From Lama guanicoe (lineage: Eukaryota): a stretch of DNA of 62,000 nt. The notes beneath the pieces were generated by a model. That model had not been told where the DNA came from, made no database searches, and saw only the letters and a program-made list of their open reading frames with translations. The first letter of the stretch is position 1. Each line of letters starts with the position of its first letter. Positions 1 to 62,000 of the stretch are shown piece after piece. The position numbers and the translations under genes were made by a program. The stretch is from positions 1,232,974 through 1,294,973 of the forward strand of contig MU053379.1 in the NCBI GenBank assembly GCA_013239625.1, in the 5' to 3' direction.

Positions 1-439
1 GGTGATGGAAAGTGTGAGACAGGGCTGAGGACAGAAATGAGATGAGCAATTGAAGGTCTGCATTCTCCTGGCCCCTGATCCTTCCCTTGACACCACAGTC
101 CAATCCCCTGCACCTGCAGATTTATTGCCTCCATAAATTCATCCCAATGGAGAAAAAGTATGGTGGCCTCTTTTCTGAAGAAGATAAATGGAGCCTCTGG
201 TGAGAACCAGGCAGGCAGCTGGCACACTCAGAGGGAGGCCTTCCACTTGTCCCAGCCTGAAAGCAGCTCATCTTCCCACAAACCACCCCCAGCCAATAAG
301 CTCCGGTCACATACACAGAATTCCAGCCTGTCTAACCACTGCCCATTCTCAAACATGGATGGAGAGCAAAGGGGCACACACATCTGAGAACTGCCTGCAG
401 CGTCAAAGAGAAAAACCAGACATACAAAAGTAAGCAATT

Positions 440-994
440 TAAAATGACTGAAGACAGTGTCAGACAAAAACAGAAGGCCATGAAGAACAATCAGAACAGA
501 AAGGAGCTCTTAGAAAGTAAAAACACGATTGCTGAAATAAAAAGTATTCAGTGGGAGGGGCAAGAAAATCTCTTAAAACAGAAAAAAAAAGAGCTAAAAA
601 ATATGGGGGAGAAAAGAAAAAAGAAAGGCACAGAGGAGATCGAGTCAAGAGTTCCACCATCCAACTACTAGGAATTCTGTCAAGAGAGAACAGAAAAAAT
701 GGAAGGGAGAAAATATCAAAGAACTAATAGAAGAAATTGTCCCTGAGCTGAAGAAACACAGGACTTTTCAGACTGAAAGGGCCAAGTGGATGAATGAACA
801 ACAGCATATCAAAAAAATACCCTGGTGAAATTTCAGAACATCAGGAGTAAATGCTTCCAGAAAGAACAAACAGGTCACAAATGAATAAGAACTTGTTGTA
901 GAATTTTCATGGGCTATGCCGGATGCTAGAAATCATGAGAGCAAGGCTTACTAAGACTTGAGGAAAAATTATTTTGAACACAGAAATTAACATC
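440..994 (+). mobile_element. Old L1 (L1M-type) ORF1 remnant, resuming at about 2904-3950 after two younger insertions
   Basis: A-rich ORF1-like sequence (ELLESKNTIAEIK; ggaattc...gagaacagaaaaaatgga) with many stops. Confidence 0.7.
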
Positions 995-1009
995 AAAAGT
1001 ATTAGTCAA

Positions 1010-2460
1010 TTGTCAACTAATCTTCAACAAAGGAGGCAAGAATATACAATGGAATAAAGACAGTCTCTTCAGCAAATAGTGTTGGGAAAACTGGAGAGCA
1101 GCATGTAAATCAATGAAGCTAGAACACTCCCTTACACCATACACAAAAATAAACTCAAAATGGATCAAAGACTTAAACATAAGACAAGATACAATAAACC
1201 TCCTAGAAGAAAAAACAGGCAAAACATTATCTGACATACATCTCAAAAATGTTCTCCTAGGCCAGTCTACCCAAGCAATAGAAATAAAACCAAGAATAAA
1301 CAAATGGGACCTATTTAAACTTAGAAGCTTCTGCACAGCAAAGGAAACCATAAGTAAAACAAAACGACAACCTACGGAATGGGAGAAAATTTTTGCAAAT
1401 GAAACCGACAAAGGCTTGATCTCCAGAATATATAAGCAGCTTATACGACTTAGTAAGAAAAAAACAAACAACGCAATCCAAAAATGGGCAAAAGACCTAA
1501 ACAAGCAATTCTCCAAGGAAGACATACAAATGATCATTGGGCACATGAAAAAGTGCTCAATATCACTAATTATCAGAGAACTACAAATCAAAACTACAAT
1601 GAGGTATCCCCTCACACCAGTCAGAAAGGCCATCATTCAAAAGTCCACAAATGACAAATGCTGGAGAGGCTGTGAAGAAAAGGGAACCCTCCTTCACTGC
1701 TGGTGGGGATACAGTTTGGTGCAGCCACTGTGGAAAACAATATGGAGAGTCCTCAAAAGACTAGGAATAGACTTACCATATGACCCAGGAATCCCACTTC
1801 TGGGCATATATCCAGAAGGAACCCTACTTCAAAATGACATCTGCACCTCAATGTTCATAGCAGCACTATTTACAATAGCCAAGACATGGAAACAGCCTAC
1901 ATGTCCATCAACAGATGACTGGATAAAGAAGAAGTGGTATATTTATACAATGGAATACTACTCAGCCATAAAAACTGACAACATAATGCCATTTGCAGCA
2001 ACATGGACGCTCCTGGAGAATGTCATTCTAAATGAAGTAAGCCAGAAAGAGAAAGAAAAATACCATATGAGATCGCTCATATGTGGAACCTAAAAAAAAA
2101 ACCAAAAAAACAAAAAAAACCCATAAATACAAAACAGAAACAGACACATAGACATAGAATACAAACTTGTGGTTGCCAAGGTTGGGGGTGGGAAGAGATA
2201 AACTGGGAGTTGGAAATTTGTAGATACTGACAGGCATATGTAGAATAGATGAACAAGATTATACTGTATAGCACAGGGAAATATATACAAGATCTTGTGG
2301 TAGCTCACGGCAAAAACAAAATGTGACAGTGAATATATGTATGTTCATGTGTAACTGAAAAATTGTGCTCTACACTGGAATTTGACAAAACATTGTAAAA
2401 TGACTATAACTCAATAAAAAATATTGAAAAACAAAAAAAGAAATGAAAAAGAGATGTAAA
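1010..2460 (+). mobile_element. Young 5'-truncated LINE-1: ORF2 C-terminus (ORF 1113-2093, CCHC knuckle [16 protein letters not shown]), 3' UTR and A-tail
   Basis: The 326-aa ORF is typical L1 ORF2p ([16 protein letters not shown]...[10 protein letters not shown]); perfect 15-bp TSD AAAAGTATTAGTCAA at 995-1009 and 2461-2475. Confidence 0.96.
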
Positions 2461-2488
2461 AAAAGTATTAGTCAAAAGTGAAGACAAA

Positions 2489-2888
2489 GTGAAATCAGTC
2501 AGACAGAGAAAGACAAATACTGTATCACTTACACGTGGAATCTAAAAAAATACAACAAACTAGTGAATATAGCAGAAAAGAAACAGACTCACAGATGTAA
2601 AGAAGGAATGAGTGGTTACCAGTGGGGAGAGGGCAGGAGGAAGGGCAAGATGGAGGTGGAGGATGAAGAGGTGCAAACTATCAGGTATAAAATAAGACAC
2701 AAGGATGTGCTGTACAGCATGGGCAATATGGCCAGTATTTTATAGTAACTGTAAATGGAGTATAACCTTTAAAAATTGTGAATCACTATATTGTATACCT
2801 GTAACATATAATATTGCACATCAACTATACTTCAATTTTTAAAATATGATAGTGTAAAATAAATACATTTAAGAAATTAGATGGGAAA
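2489..2888 (+). mobile_element. L1 3' end (older artiodactyl-type subfamily)
   Basis: gtgaaatcagtcagacagagaaagacaaatac...caactatacttcaat; 15-bp TSD AAAAGTGAAGACAAA at 2474-2488 and 2889-2903. Confidence 0.88.
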
Positions 2889-4249
2889 AAAAGTGAAGAC
2901 AAAAAGTCATTTTTGACATTCAAGGACTCAGAAGTTTTTTTCTACACACCCTTTCTGAAGAGTTTACATTCTAGCTTGACAAGGGTCAAAACCAAGAAAG
3001 AGGAAAGCGTGAGCAATAACTACAGGTGGGTTCCAGTGAAAAGAAATTCCATGGTGACCACTGTGCATCAGGGCCAGAGAGCTGTCAGGCAAAATCTGAG
3101 CAGTAAGTATACTCCAAGAAGAATGTCTCTAAGAAGGAAGGCACTGAATATGCAAAGAACCAGATAGGATTATGGATGTGGTAAAGGCATGTTCTTTTTC
3201 AAACCAGAAAAAACAAAGACGATCAGAAATTCCAGGAAAATCAAATACACACAAAAAATGTACAAGTTATTCACAGTTTACAGGAGAAAATGAAACACAA
3301 CATGGTTTTGAATAATTTATGATGTGTAAAGAGAATCCATTTGACATTTCTGGTAAGAACACTTGATTTTGAGTAGCCTAGGGGTCATTATCTTGAACCC
3401 ATAAATAAGGAAATGTACTCAGAGCATACCCATGGGCAATATTTATGTAACTATTATAAATGAAAATTGCCCTTTGTGTTTTTTAACTACTGTAATCAAC
3501 TGATAGACAAAGAATGGAAGTCTTCATTATGTTCACACAAGTAAATGTAACTGTGATTAGCCCTGTAAAATGTAAGCATATTCCAACAGCAGTTATGAGA
3601 TGGAAGGGGAAGGGGAGGTAGAGGTAGAGGCAGGAAGATGAATTACACTCATCTGCACTGACGTACAGGTCAGGCAGGAGGCACCATTGAAAGATGACAG
3701 CCAAAATATAGAAGTTTAGGCACATCATTAATATTTTAACAGTCATTAATGAAGGATCCAAAAACAGTAAAAGAATGACCAAAACATGAAGGTGGGGATA
3801 GAAATAATGAGGTGGGGTCAGCAAGGAAAACCATGTATCTGGCAAGGGTCAAGGTACCCTCCAGGCATGCTACATCGGGAACTGCCAGTTTAAGCGTAGT
3901 TGTCCCCGGGGGCGAGGACTGGGGATGAAGTGAAGGTGGAGGAGGACTCCTGAGCCCTTCCACAGGAGTTGATTTTTCAATCATGTGTACATCTTACTTC
4001 GATAAAATCAGAAATGAATCTGGTGTGTATGACATGTTTTCAATAAATATACACAATTAAAGAAATCTGTCTTCCAGACTAGCCATAAATAAGGCAATGT
4101 CACTATGACAAGACCAGAAATGAGTGATGAAGTTGGTGAATAATCTCCCAGTACTGCTCTGCACCTAAAGCAGGTCTGTCCCAGACTCATTCTGGGAGTC
4201 TCTGGTCCCGGCGGGCAGAGGTGGGGCCTTTCCTGACCACACCATCCTC

Positions 4250-4460
4250 CAGTCTCTTACCTGGCTTGATTTTCTTCGGAGCACTTATCATTCTCTGAGA
4301 TTACTTATTCATTTGCTTACTTGTTTATTGTCTGTCTCCTCCACTAAACTGTAAGCTCCACGAGGGAAGGGACTTCGTCTTTGTCACTGCTGTATCACCA
4401 TCGCCTAGAACGCTGACTGGCACACAGTAGGTGCTCAGTAACCACTAGTGAAATGAATAC
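4250..4460 (+). mobile_element. L2 3' end
   Basis: ctgtaagctccacgagggaagggac...ctggcacacagtaggtgctcagta...gaaatgaat, characteristic L2 tail. Confidence 0.8.
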
Positions 4461-5140
4461 ATCAATGGAAAGAATGAACAGACAAACAAATCAAGGGAAG
4501 GGGTATGGCCTCCAAGATTGAAACCCATACGACTTGCAAGAATTTCAGGTAAACGTGACCATGAACTTCTCCAGGCAACTGTGGGAGGGGAATCCTCTGC
4601 CTGATTTGGGCTCCAGAATTGAAACTGTCCAGTTCATGAGAAGGCTTTCCATTTTCCAAACTAAATGAGAAACTGAGTACTTTCACTGGTTTTCGCTGCA
4701 TCAGAACTCTAAGCGTCAAACCACCCTAATGGTTTTAGATCTAATTTTAGATCTTATCATGCACATAATTTCAGCTAACTTACTGGCCAAGGCTCCTGGT
4801 ATCAAGTAAATATAAGTGGTATGATCAGCCTCGTATTTCTCCAGAGACAGTACGTGAAAATTGCAGGACCATGTGCCTTATGACAGACTGTCCACGAATT
4901 TCCAAAGATCTGCCTTTTGGTTCAGTACAAACAGTTCCTCCAAGCAACTAAGACTTGGGCATCAGCCTTCATATTACCGCTGATGGTGGTGGTATGGTTG
5001 CCATTAGATTGATCAGATCAACATAACTGACCTGTCAGGGACAGGACGAAAGCCCCGTGTCCAGCAGCTTGGCGAGCTACCTCCTCACCAAGGGCCACGC
5101 TGGGCTGCTCTCAGATCTCAGTGTTTTTAAGAGCCGCTTC

Positions 5141-5302
5141 TGGGTCCTTGCTACTCACGCTGTGGTCCCTGGACCACTCGCATCCCCTGAGAGCTTGTTA
5201 GAGATGGAGAATCTCAACCCCAGCCCCGCCCAGATGTCCTGAATGTGCGTTTAACAGGATCCTTGGGTGATTTATGTGCAAGTTAAAGTATGAGGGGCAC
5301 TG
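5141..5302. mobile_element. MER5A-like hAT/Charlie DNA transposon
   Basis: ctactcacgctgtggtccctggacc...agcttgttagagatggagaatctc...tttaacaggatcc pattern. Confidence 0.7.
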
Positions 5303-5829
5303 ATCACATTCACTTCCTTAGAGTTTGGAGCATCAAAAGAATGCATGTGCCCTTTCCTTAACGTGAAAGTGTGGGCTTGGGAAGACTCGGTGACATCTGT
5401 GAAGTGTGGGAACTTAGAACTTAGATCTAACACCTTCCACCCTGGGCTTCTATGACTTAAGGCCCCACGTGGCTGTTCCCCCAGGCCCCGCTCCTCCGCA
5501 TCACCACATCCTGCAGCTGACACTTCCCACTCAAAGCCCGGGAACCCACTGTTTTCATAATCACAGCATCACGACGGCTACACTAAAGTCCGATTATTAG
5601 GCTCTTCACAGGCACTGACCAACGATCATGTCATCCTCCAACTAACCCGAGGACATAAGCATTATTATCCCCATTTTGCAGATGAGAAGACCTAGCAAGA
5701 ATACATTCATTTTCTCCAGGCTTTGCTCTCTTCTGCCTCCCAACTGTCCTCTGCCACCAGAGAGGAGTCTACCTCCCCCACCTCCTTTAGCAAAATTCCC
5801 AGAGGTCACCTTCAAAGTCTACATTGCTC

Positions 5830-5965
5830 GGGGTAGGGGTACAGCCCAGTGGTAGAGCATGTGCTTAGCATACACGAGGTCCTCGGCTCAATGCCCAGTA
5901 CCTCCATTAAAAAATAAGAAAATGAAAATAAAAATTTAAAAAAAATTTTTAAAAGGAGAAATAAA
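5830..5965 (+). mobile_element. tRNA-derived SINE (camelid Vic-1/SINE_Vpa-like)
   Basis: A box (agcccagtgg), B box (ggctcaatgcc), A-rich tail. Confidence 0.85.
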
Positions 5966-8900
5966 AAGTTTAAATTTCTCAAGGTCTTTCAGATGACCTC
6001 TACCCGGCTTGAAGTCACTTGAGTTATTTGTTCGTGTGTTCAGCTCATGTTTGAGTGCCAGCCTGGTGTCTACAAATATGCCAGGGCCACCAGGTCACCG
6101 TCACACAGTGGCGCTCAGAGGACCGGGTTGTCGATTTGGGATCAAGGGGTTCGCAGCATGCTGTGGGAGCGCCGACAACGGAGGTCCCAGCCACACCAGC
6201 GACACCCGTCTCCTCCTACCTTCCATCTGTCCTCCCTCCCTGGTGGCAAAGGCCTAACTGGCACTTCACTCCCTCAACTTCCTTGGGACTTCATCAGGCA
6301 TTTATCACTTGAACTTAAGATACGGTCCCAGCATTGCTGCATCTCCGAAGTAAGGTCACAGTCCTCTGCCTTCACAGCTCTCCCCAGACAGGGAGCAGAG
6401 TGTGTGTTCTACCTGCTAAATAATGGGGTCTGCTGATGGCTAGGTCTTCCAAGTTGGTTATTTCCTGTGTCACCACAGTTCAGTTTTGGAAACTGATGAA
6501 TCGTGATTCTGCTAACTCTTATTTTTATATACCGCTCCTCAAACAAACTCCAGCAGGGCAAGGGCACCAGGTGGAAGGCACCTCCTTGCTGGAACCCCAT
6601 GCTGTGAGCCCGTGTTTCTGAGTAGCTTGGTATTGTCTGTCTCATCAGACCTTCTAGAAGGTGGTTTGCACCGCAGGTACACTGCTGTGCTCTGTGAATT
6701 TGTATCACAGAGAAACTTTTCTACTAAGGCACCAACAACTCAAACTGTTTATCCAAATCCAAGTACCAAGGGGAGTTAAATCTCTCTCTGTAAATCCTGA
6801 ACGAACCTCGAAGCAAACTGATGGCTCCGGGGGCAGAGCTCAGAGACTCAAGGTTTGCAACTGTCCTAAAGGAGAGGGTGTTACTCTGTGTCCCCCTCCT
6901 GGCGAGACCTTGCATCTGGGTTTCTGAAATCTGCTGGTTAAGAGGGATCAGCTTTGACAGAGAGTGTGTATTTCTCCTTGGCGACCCACCATCTGCAGCG
7001 TATGAGGTTATTCTCGTAAAAAAGATACAAACACGGGAACCAGAAACCCCAGGGAGGGGCTTTCTGCTACCCGCCCAGCCACTTGGCAGAAGTCGCCTGT
7101 GCAGACACCACCTAGGCTGCTCCTCTCGGGTGGCCCACAAGCATCGGGTGGGAGAGGGCATTTTCAGCCTTGTTTGCAAAGGAGCAGTTCACTGAGCCTC
7201 TTTCACAGGACAGGCAGATCTCTGGGGCGCTTGTGCCTGAGGAGCTGTAGGATGGGAGGGTCTTGAGGTCACGTTCCTGGATCTCAGGGGTTCACCGTGG
7301 GGCAGAGGCCAGCTTGACCCCAGCACAAACACTTCTAACTAATACAAGCCAGACTCAGCAGAACTGGCCCTCGGTGGGAACACCTGCTTTCCTCTGTTGG
7401 CATAAACTGAAATGAAGAGATCTCTGGGCTCTATTTTGAAGGGAGGGCCTCCGGTCTCGCTTTCCCTCCCGGCCTCCCCACCCCTCCACTGCCCTGAGCT
7501 ATATCCACCCCTGACCATCCTCACTGCACCTGCCCCGCCCCCTACTAATAGTAACCATGACAACGCAGTGGGAGTGACAAAGGGCTATTAGGCACCATTT
7601 AGACAGACCACATTTAACCACAGTGTTAGACTTAGTAGAAATGCAATGAGATCACATGTGGATAAATGTCAACTTACAGACTAGTAACGAAGCAAAAACG
7701 GAAACTGAGGAACACCAGGGAGAAGTAGGTCATCTGTCCACGTCTAAAGAAGTTTCATCCCCTTAGCTGGACTTCTCAGAAAGCCAGGCCTCGTCACACT
7801 TAAGCAGCAATTCAAAATGTGCTCAAGAGGGTTTTATATCAACCACAAGCACTGTACTTAAGTGCGACAGAAAAATCCTATCTGAGTTATACAAGCATAG
7901 AGTGTACCTTAACACAGTAAGGCGGCATTATTTTTGTCAATAATGTTAATTGTAGGATAAATGAAGAGACTGAAAGGCATGATGAACGTGAACCCTAAGA
8001 AACCTTGAGAAAGTAAATTCCAGCCATCGAGTATGTACACCAATATGCCAAACATTCTGTTATAAAATAAAACTAAAAAAGGGGTCGTGTCAACTGACAT
8101 AGGGGTCCTCTTGGGCAGAAACTTTAAAAAAAATGCACATAGGAAAATGAAGAGGGATATACTCTGAATAAAGATGCTAGAGGAAGTTTTGAAACAGAGG
8201 AAGACAGAAGCTGAGCTATTTAACTTCTGTCATCCGGGCCGGCTTCCCAGACTCAGCAGCACGATTCACCGGGTCCCAGCCTCGTCTCGGTTCAAGCAGA
8301 GGTGGACCTGCAGTGCCCCCACACGACTTGTAGCTCATCAGCGTGGTCAGCGGGATGCGAGAGGTCACGTGAAGTCCTAGCCTCAAGAAACCTTCCGCCC
8401 CAGGTTTCCAAAGAAATTTGCAGGAGAACAACAGAATCACAAGGCTGAGTGAGGCCAAGAGGCGGGACAGCACCAACAGCAGGAAAGTTACAAAACCATC
8501 CAAAGGGGCTCCGCCCACTTCCCAGCTAGGGAATCCAAGGCACCAGGCGATGACATGCTGTTAGCATCCGGAGACGCCTCGATAAGGTTTTCTTTCTGCG
8601 GTAATTTCACGGGTATATTTCCATGGGGAACACTCTGGGGCCACTCTTATCAATCTTACCGTTTTAAATGGTGAAGAAAACACTGCTTAACACCCAAAGG
8701 CCAAGGACTTGAAGCCCCACAAAAGTATAAATTCATGAGTTAACAAAATGTATCATCACTTCTCAAAGCTACTAAAAATTAGACAGTCCAATGGTCTGCT
8801 TAAAAGTTTGTTTTACCCGGATCTGGAAAATAGAAGCAGTTAAGCCAACATGGGTGAAAATGGTTCTTAAGTGGTCCAAATGGAGCAGGGCACGTGCACC

Positions 8901-8974
8901 AACTCTGCTCGGCAGAGCCCGGGGAGGCCTGAGCTGACCCCACGCCAGAACCCGCCCCCTCGTGTCTCACTTAC

Positions 8975-62000
<53,026 letters not shown>

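Noticed and set aside
1013..1636. 207-aa hydrophobic minus-strand ORF
   Set aside because: Antisense shadow of the A-rich L1 ORF2, a well-known artefact.
5830..5910. tRNA-like sequences here and at the other SINE positions
   Set aside because: They have A-rich tails, TSDs and diverged stems, so they are SINEs rather than tRNA genes.
6060..6130. DGDLVAL on the minus strand as a possible remnant of the last DZANK1 exon
   Set aside because: Match too short, flanking residues do not fit, and there is no acceptor in phase.

Overview
Mammalian, intron-rich genomic DNA; the abundant tRNA-derived SINE family and young L1 3' ends point to a camelid (inference). The window holds most of DZANK1 (double zinc ribbon and ankyrin repeat domains 1) on the minus strand. 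I traced 16 in-frame coding exons from 62000 (exon cut by the window edge) down to 8975, about 605 codons, all with phase-compatible splice sites and one GC-AG intron. Compared with the human protein as I recall it, the gene looks remodelled in three places. One zinc-ribbon exon (27385-27502) is frameshifted and degenerate but can be skipped in frame. The ankyrin exon (8975-9075) lacks 9 codons covering the second helix. I could not find the two terminal coding exons in 1-8974, and read-through gives an immediate stop (QQWGP*). The rest is interspersed repeat: L1s of several ages (several with clear TSDs), at least 12 SINEs, an ERVL LTR33 plus gag/protease remnant, MaLR, MER/Tigger, L2 and MIR. 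There is also a probable retrocopy of an unidentified transcript and an intronic CpG-rich patch. No prokaryote-type system, CRISPR array or true tRNA/rRNA gene is present. Repeat family names and boundaries are by eye and approximate.
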